IMG/VR virus record: IMGVR_UViG_2595698619_000001
Location: 1-64,000 of that record
Source: a virus
Taxonomy: Duplodnaviria; Caudoviricetes
Strand: one strand, 5' to 3'
DNA length: 64,000 nt
In this document: positions 45,830 through 55,101 of the stretch, piece by piece
Layout of the letters: every line of letters begins with the position of its first letter
How positions within the stretch are numbered: the stretch's first letter is position 1
Program-made: the position numbers and the translations under genes
Notes under the pieces: generated by a model
What the model saw: the letters and a program-made list of their open reading frames with translations, nothing else
Database searches by the model: none
What the model was told of the DNA's origin: nothing

Positions 45830-48564
45830 GAGAGAACACCTCCGCTACCGTCGTCGCCATCGTCGTCGTCACTACCACCTGCGAACGGGTTGCTGTTGTT
45901 GCTGTCCTCCAGTTCGACACCCTCTGTCTGCGCACCTGCCGCCAGTTCGTCGAAGTCCCATCCGACCTCCTCGAGGATAGGACGTAGCGGACGGTCGAGC
46001 GTTTTCTCGATATGCTTCTCGGAGTCGAGGTCGAACCCGTCCGGAATGTCGTCCCACCACTCCAACGCGAGAACGTCGGTGTTGGGTTTCATCGCCGGCG
46101 TCTTCTTGATGTAGTAAATCCACGGTTGGTCACCGTGCGACCAGTCGTATCCGAGATGCTCGTTCGAGTAGATGGACGCTCGCACCGACAGCGTGGGCGA
46201 CGAGTACGAGTGAATCGGGTCGTTGATGGTGCCCGGTTTTGCGATTTTCCGCAGTTCTATGTCCTGACTGCGGATACGGTCACAGAGGTCCTTGATGTAC
46301 GCGCTCACCTCGTCGAACCCCTCCGCGTTGAGAATCTTCTTGATGACTTCGGGTTGTGCCTCTTCGGTGAGTTCCGGGGAGTCACTGCGCTCTGACTCCA
46401 TCCCGGTGATGTTTGGCACGGGGACGATGTTACCGTTCTCGTCCTTCATGTACTTCCCCTCCTTCCATACGCAACCGCCCGCGTACCGCTTCTTCTTGTT
46501 GTACTGGAAGAAACGACGGAAGAGTTTCTCAAACTCGAACGCCCACGCATGATTCTCGTCCTCGGGCAGGTTGTGAGGCAGTTCGCTCAAGTCGATGAAC
46601 GGGTGGTCATCACCGAGACCTATGTCGTCTGCCGCACGCCCGATTTCTTCGTTGATACGACGCTCGACCTCCTTCCCGCGTTCGACGACCTTCTCCATCG
46701 TCTCACGCTCGGACAGGTCCTCGAACTCTTCGGGGTCAGCGAGGGACACCATCACCGAGTCAGTGTCCCCGTAGAGCACCTCGTACCCGAGTTCTTCGCA
46801 AATCTCCACGCCCGTCCACAGGATGAACCTCGAGAGACCTGTGATAGTGTCACCCAGTTCGGGAGACGACAGGCGGTAGTATTTGTTGTTGCTCACACCG
46901 AAGAAGGAGTTCATAATGACCTTAACCGCACGCTGCTTGTGGTCCCACACCTGGTACATGGGCGTGTCAGGGTCGTACCGATTCCGGTTGTCCTTCATGT
47001 CCTCGCGCTCACTGAACAGGAGTTTGAGGTACTTCGGCATGATACCCTCGTCGTCGAGTTTCAGACCTTGCCCCTTCTTAGCGTCGAACTCCAGATGCTC
47101 ACGCTTGATGGTCCCGCCGAAGTCGTCTTCCTTCGCCGGCATCCACGGAACGATAACGTCTGCCTCGTCGTTGTCGTCGGTCATCATCTCCTTCGAGATG
47201 TTCGCCGTGATAATCGAGGACGGGTAGAGTGACTTCAGGTCAATCACCCCGACCCACTCGGTGATACCGGACGACGGTGACAGGACGAGGCCTCCTTCCG
47301 CGTTGTCTACTTCCTCCGTGTCAGTCGAAGGCAGAATCTCATCGTCGCCTCGCCGGGACAGGACGAACCCGTCCACGAGACGCATGGCGGAGAACGTGTC
47401 GTAAATCGGGACACCGGTGAGGTCCGACAGTTGGTAGAAGAACCCGTGGATGTCCGCCATGTCGTCGAGAGCGACGAGCAACTGCGTGTCTATGATGTTA
47501 TACGCCGTGAGACGACTGCGGTCCTTCTCGTACCCGTCATGGATGTTGATGTCTTCGACCTTGCCGACGCCCAATTCTTCCTGGGACACGTAGTCGAGCG
47601 ACTTCGACCGCCAGTCGCTGAACACCATCTGGTCGCAGTACGCCCTCATCATGTCGAACCCCGGCAACCCGTCAATCCGCGCGACGGTCGTCTCCAGGTC
47701 GTTCCGGTAGTTGTGCGTGATTCCGCCGATGTCCGACATACGCCAGCGGTCGACTCCGTCCACCTTCTCCATGCGATTGAGGAGATATCGGTGGTCGAAG
47801 TCCTCCCAATTCCATCCCGACAGGAGGTCTGGGCGCACGTCCTCGATGTACGAGAGGAAGGCGTTGAGGAGCGCAGATTCGCTGTCAGCAATCGTCAAGT
47901 CGATGTCTGCGTTGACGTAGTCGGGTGCTAACTCGTGCCCGTTCCAGTGGTCACCGAGATGGTGTTTCACGTCCTTCCCGTCTACCGAGCGGTCAGGGTC
48001 GAGAACGAAAACGTCGTACTGCTCCTCCCGCGTGTCGTAGGCGGAAATCATTATGACCTCGCCCGTCGCTTCCTCGGTAAACTCGTCGAAACCCACGTCG
48101 TAGTCGGGTAGCGCCTCGATGTCCGCCATGACGACTCGAGGAGTAATCGACTCCACGTCCGACTCCTCGATGTCTGTCTCCACCTCAGATATGTCGCAGT
48201 GTTTCCTATCCGGCACGCGGATGTAACCCGACAACCCGTAGTCGACCGACACGCGACGACTGAACGGGATGTCTGCTTCGTAGGTCACCGAGAAGTCGTC
48301 TCGAATCTGCCCGACGTTCTTCGGGAGTTTCGTCACTACCTTCTTCAACGGTCGACCGTCGTACCCTTCGTACCCATGCTCCTCACGCACCACGCAGTCC
48401 TGGTCGGCGCTCTCGTGAGGCGGGACGAAACAGTACGGTTCTGTACCACCGATTATCGTTAGGTTCCGCTCGCCGTCTTCGTCGCGTCCGACGACTCTGA
48501 CGACGACTTCACCATCGTTGTCCTTGTAGTCGAGGTCCGTAACACGGACGAGTTTATCGCTCAT
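45823..48564 (-). CDS. polB: Family B DNA polymerase
   Basis: Exo DIE, GWN..FD, YNIID; DLKSLYPS, KVIMNS, YGDTDS, KKRY; no intein. Confidence 0.97.
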   Translation of the reverse strand: MSDKLVRVTDLDYKDNDGEVVVRVVGRDEDGERNLTIIGGTEPYCFVPPHESADQDCVVREEHGYEGYDGRPLKKVVTKLPKNVGQIRDDFSVTYEADIPFSRRVSVDYGLSGYIRVPDRKHCDISEVETDIEESDVESITPRVVMADIEALPDYDVGFDEFTEEATGEVIMISAYDTREEQYDVFVLDPDRSVDGKDVKHHLGDHWNGHELAPDYVNADIDLTIADSESALLNAFLSYIEDVRPDLLSGWNWEDFDHRYLLNRMEKVDGVDRWRMSDIGGITHNYRNDLETTVARIDGLPGFDMMRAYCDQMVFSDWRSKSLDYVSQEELGVGKVEDINIHDGYEKDRSRLTAYNIIDTQLLVALDDMADIHGFFYQLSDLTGVPIYDTFSAMRLVDGFVLSRRGDDEILPSTDTEEVDNAEGGLVLSPSSGITEWVGVIDLKSLYPSSIITANISKEMMTDDNDEADVIVPWMPAKEDDFGGTIKREHLEFDAKKGQGLKLDDEGIMPKYLKLLFSEREDMKDNRNRYDPDTPMYQVWDHKQRAVKVIMNSFFGVSNNKYYRLSSPELGDTITGLSRFILWTGVEICEELGYEVLYGDTDSVMVSLADPEEFEDLSERETMEKVVERGKEVERRINEEIGRAADDIGLGDDHPFIDLSELPHNLPEDENHAWAFEFEKLFRRFFQYNKKKRYAGGCVWKEGKYMKDENGNIVPVPNITGMESERSDSPELTEEAQPEVIKKILNAEGFDEVSAYIKDLCDRIRSQDIELRKIAKPGTINDPIHSYSSPTLSVRASIYSNEHLGYDWSHGDQPWIYYIKKTPAMKPNTDVLALEWWDDIPDGFDLDSEKHIEKTLDRPLRPILEEVGWDFDELAAGAQTEGVELEDSNNSNPFAGGSDDDDGDDGSGGVLSW

Positions 48565-48585
48565 CTAATCACCTGTTGTCGGTCG

Positions 48586-49197
48586 TCAGTAATCAAGCAC
48601 GTCATCCACGTCAACCTCGTCTATGGCTTCGGGGTCAGGACACTCAATCCTACCCGTTTCGACTAACCGGTGATGGGTGGCACACAGGGTGATGAGATTG
48701 TCTCTGGTGTGTGCATTATCCGGGTCGTCGAACTTCTTTACCTTGACGAGATGATGAACGTGCAGCGGGTCACTGACCATCTGCCCGCGTCCGCACACCC
48801 TGCACTCGTAGTTGTCTCGTTCGAGTACCATCTCACGTTTCTCGTCCCAGGTAGAACCGTATCGAGGACGCTCGTACCCGTCACGGTAGTTCGGGTTGCC
48901 TTCGCCCTTGATTGTCTCCGACTGAGCGTCGCGCATACAGTCGCCTCCGCAGGTTTCCTGGGTACGATACTCCCAACACTCGAACTCTTCACCGCAGATA
49001 CGACACTCTCGTGTCTCTTTAGCGAGCGACTCATCATGCACCATAGTGTGGTGACGCCTCATCCCCGATTCCGATTCAAAACCGTCGCCGCAGGTCGGAC
49101 AGTGCCACGGTAACCAATCGGAGTGTAGATTCTTCTTGTGACGGATGAGGGTTGAATCGCTTGCCAGTTCATCACCGCAGTATTCGCACTTCGGCAT
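48586..49197 (-). CDS. Zn-finger HNH endonuclease
   Basis: C2H2 fingers; RDNYECRVC, HVHH, NLITLCATHH. Confidence 0.88.
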   Translation of the reverse strand: MPKCEYCGDELASDSTLIRHKKNLHSDWLPWHCPTCGDGFESESGMRRHHTMVHDESLAKETRECRICGEEFECWEYRTQETCGGDCMRDAQSETIKGEGNPNYRDGYERPRYGSTWDEKREMVLERDNYECRVCGRGQMVSDPLHVHHLVKVKKFDDPDNAHTRDNLITLCATHHRLVETGRIECPDPEAIDEVDVDDVLDY

Positions 49198-49994
49198 TAG
49201 TATTTCCAGTACGAGAGATTCGCCATGCTCGTCTCCTGTGCCGGGCAGACAAACTCATAATCGCAAAATCCACAGTGCCCGCCCGGTTTCGCCGGGAACT
49301 CTCCTGCGCCCATCGCTTGCAGGAGCGAACGAGCGTACTGCTTCATCTGACTCCACTGCTCCTCGTCGGGAATCCGGTTCGCTATCTCGCCGTCACCGAG
49401 GTAGACGAACGTGACGTACTCCGGGTACTCTCCGTACTTGTTGAGGTAGGCGCCAGCGTACACCATCCCCTGAATCAGTTCGTCGCGCTTCCGGTAGTCG
49501 CGCACGTTCCCATCGCTGTCCTTTCGCTTGCCCGTCTTCCAGTCGAGGACACCTTCCTCGGTGACGATGTCCATCTTCGCGTTGAATCCTTTGTTGACCT
49601 CGCCACCGACATGATACTGATGCTCGACCTCGAACCCGCGAAACGTCATGTCCGCACCGAACTTCTCGATGTACTTCGCGGCGTTGTCGCAGCAATCCAA
49701 CCCGTTCTCGTACATCCACTCGGGGACGTCCGGGTTCTTCTCGCGGTACCTCTCCTTGAACCGGTGCGACAAGATACCGCTGTCTCGTATGCTCTCGTCG
49801 TCTAAGAGCACCTCCTCAATCGCCTCGTGAACTGCGGTGCCCATCTCTCGATACCCCTTCTCCGGTTTCGTTCTGTCCTCGTCGCGTGCGTAGTCGAACC
49901 ACCAACTGAGTGGACACTGCGCGAACTTCTTGACGCGCGACGCTGACAGGTAGTCGTCGAATAGTTCGTCTGGTACGTAGCGTTCCTTAGTCAC
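49197..49994 (-). CDS. Cas4/RecB-like PD-(D/E)XK exonuclease
   Basis: SAS..CP, GTAVH, DWKT, Q..VY, CGFCDYEFVC. Confidence 0.88.
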   Translation of the reverse strand: MTKERYVPDELFDDYLSASRVKKFAQCPLSWWFDYARDEDRTKPEKGYREMGTAVHEAIEEVLLDDESIRDSGILSHRFKERYREKNPDVPEWMYENGLDCCDNAAKYIEKFGADMTFRGFEVEHQYHVGGEVNKGFNAKMDIVTEEGVLDWKTGKRKDSDGNVRDYRKRDELIQGMVYAGAYLNKYGEYPEYVTFVYLGDGEIANRIPDEEQWSQMKQYARSLLQAMGAGEFPAKPGGHCGFCDYEFVCPAQETSMANLSYWKY

Positions 49995-50304
49995 GGTTAC
50001 TCCACCTCATTTCTGCTTTTTCTTTTGCTGCTGCGTCCTTCATCGAGCGACCTCCTGCCGCGTCCATGTTTGTACCGTACTTCTCCATGAGGTTGACGTT
50101 CTCGGACAATCCGAGCGACGTGTCAACCTTCGAGGTCCAGTCAGTGACCTCGTAGTACACCGCCGCGCCCTTGACGACCTGCCACTGAATCAGCGTCAGG
50201 TTATCGTCGTTCTGATTCCCCATGGGCAGACGACGTATCTCGTCGTCCGTGAGGCGCGCTTGGCCGATGGGGACTGACTGTCCACAGCACGGGCACGTTG
50301 GCAT
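49987..50304 (-). CDS. Hypothetical protein
   Basis: N-terminal CPCCG. Confidence 0.6.
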   Translation of the reverse strand: MPTCPCCGQSVPIGQARLTDDEIRRLPMGNQNDDNLTLIQWQVVKGAAVYYEVTDWTSKVDTSLGLSENVNLMEKYGTNMDAAGGRSMKDAAAKEKAEMRWSNRD

Positions 50305-50305
50305 T

Positions 50306-50494
50306 TTACTGGATGTCGTCGTCGAAGGTGTCCATCTCGTCGTACATCTCGTCTATCTCATCGAGTTTCGCCAGCGCCTGCTCCTTCGACTTCTCGTGTA
50401 CCTGCACCAGGTGCTTCAGTGCGTCCTTGCGCGAGTCGAAGTCAGTGTCGTGGTCGAAGCAGTAGTATCGACTGAAGTCACCCGAGGGTTTCAT
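50306..50494 (-). CDS. Small Zn-finger-like protein
   Basis: CFDH..F.....L.H...H. Confidence 0.55.
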   Translation of the reverse strand: MKPSGDFSRYYCFDHDTDFDSRKDALKHLVQVHEKSKEQALAKLDEIDEMYDEMDTFDDDIQ

Positions 50495-51474
50495 CGCTCG
50501 TACCCCTCCAGCGAGACGTACCGTGCGACGTGCAGGTCCGCGAGGAGCGAGTGGAACTGAACGTGCGGGTTCGCACCACGCATGGCACGCCAGTTCGTCT
50601 CCGCGAGTTTGTCGAGACACTTCGCTTTCACGTCACCGGGTAGGTCCTGCCGCTTGATGACTCGGAGGAACGAGTCGCAGAGTTGGTTCGTCGGGACGCC
50701 CTCCTTGAGAACCTCCACGTCGAGTTGCCGCATGGCATCGTCCAGGTCACCCTCGACTGCGGTGTTGACGATTTGCTCAACGAGCGCGTCGTCGACCGTC
50801 GAGACGACCACGTTGACGCCGTTCTCGTCAATCTCACCCTCGTATGCCGCCGCCTGCATGCTGTTGATGAGTTTGCGAGCGTCGCCGCCTGCCGCGTTGA
50901 CCATCAGTTTCAGCGTGTCGTCAGCGATGGTCAGACCTTCCTGCTCCGCGACGTTCTGCCCGATTTGGTACAGGTCGTCGTCCGTGAGCGGCGAGATGCT
51001 GAACGGGGCGCACCGCGACTGGATAGGCCCGATAATCTGCGACAGGTAGTTGCACGAGAGGAAGAACCTCGTCACGTCCGCGTGGTCCTCCATGATACGC
51101 CGGAGTGCAGTTTGCGCGTCTTTCGTGAGCTGGTCAGCCTCATCGAGGAATACGATTTTGTACTGATGGTCGCCAATCGTACCCTGGACGGCGTAGTTCT
51201 TCACCTTGTCGCGGATGGTGTCAATCCCACGCTCGTCGGAGGCGTTCAGTTCGAGGATGTTATTCCGCCAGTTGTCCTCGCCGTACTTCTCCTTGGCGAA
51301 CGCCTGGATGATTGCTGTCTTCCCGATTCCTTGCTTGCCGGCGAAGACGACGTGAGGCACGTCCTCGGTGCCGAGGAACTTCCTCATCCGCTTCACCACT
51401 TCCTCGTGCCCAACTATGTCGTCGAGCGTTTGAGGGCGATACTTTTCGACCCAGATTTTGTCGCTGACACTCAT
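50491..51474 (-). CDS. rfcS: Replication factor C small subunit
   Basis: WVEKYRP, GKT, ELNASDERG, LDEAD, ALRR, QSRC. Confidence 0.95.
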   Translation of the reverse strand: MSVSDKIWVEKYRPQTLDDIVGHEEVVKRMRKFLGTEDVPHVVFAGKQGIGKTAIIQAFAKEKYGEDNWRNNILELNASDERGIDTIRDKVKNYAVQGTIGDHQYKIVFLDEADQLTKDAQTALRRIMEDHADVTRFFLSCNYLSQIIGPIQSRCAPFSISPLTDDDLYQIGQNVAEQEGLTIADDTLKLMVNAAGGDARKLINSMQAAAYEGEIDENGVNVVVSTVDDALVEQIVNTAVEGDLDDAMRQLDVEVLKEGVPTNQLCDSFLRVIKRQDLPGDVKAKCLDKLAETNWRAMRGANPHVQFHSLLADLHVARYVSLEGYER

Positions 51475-51540
51475 GCTTCGTATGTTGTTATTCGCAAAGG
51501 GTTATCAGTCGTTTCGTCGAGAGAACGGGTCGCTGCTGGC

Positions 51541-52131
51541 TTACCCGTTCACTACGTCCTGAACGATGTCCAGGACCTCCTCACGGACCTCCTTCTTCGA
51601 CTGCTCGCCGTCCACGACAGCGTACTCCTTCTCGTCGGCGAGGTCCATCATGTACGAGTAGTTCTCCTTGACCTGTTCGAGCATCTCGCGCTTCTCGTAC
51701 TTCTCCTCACCGTCGGAGCGTTCGAGCGCCGTGTCCACGGAGATGTCCAGGTAGATGGTGAGGTCAGGTCGGATATTCCACGGAGACATGACACCCGCCA
51801 TCCAGTCGACCGGGTCGTCCAGTTCGTCCTGCAACTGCACGGGTTGATACGCGAACGTGGAGTCGGTGAACCGGTCGGAGACGACGACCTTCCCCGTCTC
51901 GAGGTGCGGTTTGATGAACTCTTCTATGTGGTAGTGCCTGTCCGCCATGAACAGGAAGAAGTCGGTGAACGCCGGCGTATCGCTGCGTAGCGCCTTGCGC
52001 ACCTGCTTCCCCGTCCAGAACTCGGACGGCTCGCACGTCGTCACGGCACCGAACTTCCGCTTGATGGCCTTGACGACGAGCGTCTTCCCCGCGCCGTCGA
52101 GACCTTCGACAGTGATGAACGTTCCTGACAT
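51541..52131 (-). CDS. tmk: Thymidylate kinase
   Basis: EGLDGAGKT, DRFTDS..AYQ, PDLTIYLD. Confidence 0.94.
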   Translation of the reverse strand: MSGTFITVEGLDGAGKTLVVKAIKRKFGAVTTCEPSEFWTGKQVRKALRSDTPAFTDFFLFMADRHYHIEEFIKPHLETGKVVVSDRFTDSTFAYQPVQLQDELDDPVDWMAGVMSPWNIRPDLTIYLDISVDTALERSDGEEKYEKREMLEQVKENYSYMMDLADEKEYAVVDGEQSKKEVREEVLDIVQDVVNG

Positions 52132-52133
52132 GG

Positions 52134-52586
52134 TTAGAACCCCAGCACGTCGTCGCCAGTAACCTCAGACGCCGGGTCGCCCAGGCGATTGAGGAGGCGT
52201 CGTCCTTCCTCGGTGATGTAGTAGTACGACCGCCGTCCGTCCTTGCGTTCGTTCGCGTACCCCGCCTTGAGGAGCGCGGAGGTCGCAGGGGATGGCTCGA
52301 AGTCACCGCCCGCCGACAGTTCGAGCAGGTCGTAGTTGCTCAGCATCCGCCGCGGAGAATCCGCGTCGTTGTTGTCGAGCAGGTACAGGCACCGATGAGT
52401 CGGGTCGTCGTCCTGTACGGGCAGGTCCGGGTTGTACGAGGTCTCCTCGGACCCAGACAGGTCGCGTGGTTCGGGGTCGCCGTCCCTTTCGAGGACCCGA
52501 ATATCACCGTCGAACTCCGGGTTGTCGTACAGGAACGATACTGCTTCGTCGGTCGTGTCGAACGTCTTGATTTGTTCTTGCGTCAT
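52134..52586 (-). CDS. wHTH protein
   Basis: DGRRSYYYITEEGR wing signature; VLGF tail. Confidence 0.65.
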   Translation of the reverse strand: MTQEQIKTFDTTDEAVSFLYDNPEFDGDIRVLERDGDPEPRDLSGSEETSYNPDLPVQDDDPTHRCLYLLDNNDADSPRRMLSNYDLLELSAGGDFEPSPATSALLKAGYANERKDGRRSYYYITEEGRRLLNRLGDPASEVTGDDVLGF

Positions 52587-52587
52587 G

Positions 52588-53739
52588 TTAGTCCTCTATC
52601 CACTCCGCTTTCCCGCCGCCCCAACCGAAGGTCGGGCAGGATTCAGGTTCCTCCTTTCGCGTGCAGAGACCCAGCGACTGAATCGACTGGCACGACATAT
52701 CGGAGTACCCGCGGTTGTGGATTTGATTCAGGAACTTCCGTGTCTTGCTCCGGTCGGCGTCAACCCACCCGAGCGACATGAACATCTCCTCTATCTCTTC
52801 CTTGGCGAACCCTGCGTTGAACAGGAGAACCGCGCAGTTGAACCGCACCATGTGGTGCGGATTCGGTTGTACGATACGCTCGTACATACAGGGCATCTGG
52901 AGTAGTTCCTTCAGCATGTTCAGGATGCCCTGACGTTCGTAGTTCTGTACGTCTATCTCGACCTCGACCTCTCCACGCACTGTCGCCCGTTCCTCCAGGT
53001 AGTCGTCGTACACCTGCATTTCCGGACGTTCCCCATCGGGCAGAGGAATCTTACGAGGCGATTCCGACCAGTCGAGAAGGTCCTTCACCGTCAGGTCCTT
53101 CACGTCGTCCCGCGTGAGAGGCACCGTGTAGAGGTTACACGCCATCGTATGCGTGTCCTCGGTGATGCTCTCACCGCGGTCGGAGTCAACGTACACGCGC
53201 CTCACGTTCGGTATCCTGAGGATACGCTGCACGTCACCGATGAGTTGAATATCGAGCGTGTCGAGGTCCAGTTCATCGAGGTATCGTCTGACCGTCGTAG
53301 CGAGGTGCTGACGCGCCTGCAACTGCTCCTGGTACAGAAGGTGGAGGTGTAACCCGAACCCAGAGAAAACGCCCACGAGCGGTATCTGTTCGGCCTCTGC
53401 GCGCTCGGCGACCCTACGCGCGTCCTCGACGACCTCACCCAGGACCTCCTCAGCGAGGTCCAGGTCCTCACGCATGAGCATGACCTTCTCATCGTCGCGG
53501 TCAGTACGTGGGAACGCTGCTTCCTTCATGGGTGAGTCGAGGTCAATCGAGATTTTGTCCGAGACGACACCGCCGCCTTCTGTCAGGTCGAAGTGCGAGA
53601 TGGTGGCGTACAGGTTACGTTCGCCTTCGCACTCCTCGATGACTGCGTCCAGTTCACTCTCGCTATGGACGGGCCACTGCACCGGGTTACCGACCCGACG
53701 CGGGAACTTGCCGTACAGCAGTTTCTGAACTGGGTCCAT
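52588..53739 (-). CDS. Archaeo-eukaryotic primase, PriS fused to a PriL-like C-terminal domain
   Basis: IDLD, SGFGLHL, D..RILRIP; C-terminal PCM..H..R..YSDMSC....LC. Confidence 0.8.
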   Translation of the reverse strand: MDPVQKLLYGKFPRRVGNPVQWPVHSESELDAVIEECEGERNLYATISHFDLTEGGGVVSDKISIDLDSPMKEAAFPRTDRDDEKVMLMREDLDLAEEVLGEVVEDARRVAERAEAEQIPLVGVFSGFGLHLHLLYQEQLQARQHLATTVRRYLDELDLDTLDIQLIGDVQRILRIPNVRRVYVDSDRGESITEDTHTMACNLYTVPLTRDDVKDLTVKDLLDWSESPRKIPLPDGERPEMQVYDDYLEERATVRGEVEVEIDVQNYERQGILNMLKELLQMPCMYERIVQPNPHHMVRFNCAVLLFNAGFAKEEIEEMFMSLGWVDADRSKTRKFLNQIHNRGYSDMSCQSIQSLGLCTRKEEPESCPTFGWGGGKAEWIED

Positions 53740-53753
53740 AGCGAGTCAGGTGC

Positions 53754-54611
53754 TCAGTTCTTGTTGACCGGACCGATAACGTTCCGGAGCACCTGACCTT
53801 CGTACTCGTCCTGCACCACGCAGATGGGGTTGCCGTCGTCCGTCTCGATACGGACATCCCCCGACACCGTGCCGAAGAGTTCCTCGAACCCCTGGTTGTA
53901 CTCGTTCGACAGGTCGGGACCTTCGACGCTATCCGCGTTGAGCGCACCCCACGCGGCATTCCGTCGCTCGTCCTTCCCGACACTCAGGTACAGGTCACCG
54001 TCCTGGATGGTAATCGGGTAGAACTTCGTATCGTCGTCGTCGTTGACGATGTCTACGATACGCTGAACCTCGCGCACGCCCGTCTCGATGGTCGCCTCCA
54101 TCGGTTCGCCGTCACCGGTGAGGAAGGAGTGCGTCTCGTCGTCGAACCGACCCACAGCGTCGAGCGGGACCTCATCGAGGTTCGACTCGCTCGCGGGCAG
54201 CATGACGCGCGTCTGAATCGCTCCGTGGAACTGGAGCGCGTGACAGAGGCGGTCGTCCTCCTCACCGAGGAGCGTCAGTTCGACCGTACTGCTCGGGTCG
54301 TCCTGCGCGTAGTTGAGATACGTGAGGAAGTCCTCGACGTTGATAATCGCCTCCGCTGTCCCGTTGTTGTCCTCCACGAGGAGGTCTTGGTCGACCTCGA
54401 CCGAGTCGAGGAATCCCGCACCGAAGGTGGAGTACGAGATGACGCTGTTGTTCTGCTTGGAGGCGAGGAACCGCGCCTCACCGCCGCCCACGTTGACGTA
54501 CACCTCCGAGTGCACAGCGTCGCCGGAAGACGCCTTGAGCGACGCCTTCTTAATCATCTGTTCGAGTCGGTTCGCCTTCGCCGTGATAGTTGCCTTGGTG
54601 ACTTCAGTCAT
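53754..54611 (-). CDS. Divergent PCNA-like sliding clamp
   Basis: 285 aa, two similar alpha/beta halves, ends VIGP; context of two RFC subunits and PolB. Confidence 0.65.
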   Translation of the reverse strand: MTEVTKATITAKANRLEQMIKKASLKASSGDAVHSEVYVNVGGGEARFLASKQNNSVISYSTFGAGFLDSVEVDQDLLVEDNNGTAEAIINVEDFLTYLNYAQDDPSSTVELTLLGEEDDRLCHALQFHGAIQTRVMLPASESNLDEVPLDAVGRFDDETHSFLTGDGEPMEATIETGVREVQRIVDIVNDDDDTKFYPITIQDGDLYLSVGKDERRNAAWGALNADSVEGPDLSNEYNQGFEELFGTVSGDVRIETDDGNPICVVQDEYEGQVLRNVIGPVNKN

Positions 54612-55101
54612 CGTTGTTCTCGTCGTTGTCGTCCGCACTAAGTTCGTTGTCGAGCTGTGCCCTTATCATCTCGGAGCCAGTGTCCCCGAGGTATCTGTCC
54701 AGAACGTCGAGCGCGGTGACGTTCTCTCCAGCGAGCGAGTTAACGTCCTCATGCACGTCCTCCTCGACGTACACGGAGACGTACTCATCCTCGGGAATCT
54801 CCATGCGGTGCGCTTCCACGTCGTCGGGCAGGAGGACACGTAGCGCGTCGCTGAGCGTGTACTCCGTGCCGTCCACTGCCTCCTTCAGCGTCGTCCGCCA
54901 GTCGCGTGGGACGCGGATGCCCTTAAGGTTCCGCTCCTCGGTGATTTCCATCTTCATCACCAGCCCGCGTCCGATGCCCTCGATGGACAGCAGGTCCTCG
55001 TCGTCCTCCTCGAGAACCTCCTCGGCGGATTCGTACCCTGCGTCTCGCAGGATGCCCGCCGTCTTCGGACCCACGCCCGCGAGACGTTCGAGCTCAGTCA
55101 T
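54604..55101 (-). CDS. HhH DNA-binding protein
   Basis: LAGVGPKTA..L..AG, IEGIG. Confidence 0.7.
   Translation of the reverse strand: MTELERLAGVGPKTAGILRDAGYESAEEVLEEDDEDLLSIEGIGRGLVMKMEITEERNLKGIRVPRDWRTTLKEAVDGTEYTLSDALRVLLPDDVEAHRMEIPEDEYVSVYVEEDVHEDVNSLAGENVTALDVLDRYLGDTGSEMIRAQLDNELSADDNDENNDD

Noticed and set aside
49197-49994. Cas4-like gene as evidence of a CRISPR system
   Set aside because: No repeat-spacer array or other cas genes seen; solo Cas4-like nucleases are common in archaeal virus replication modules
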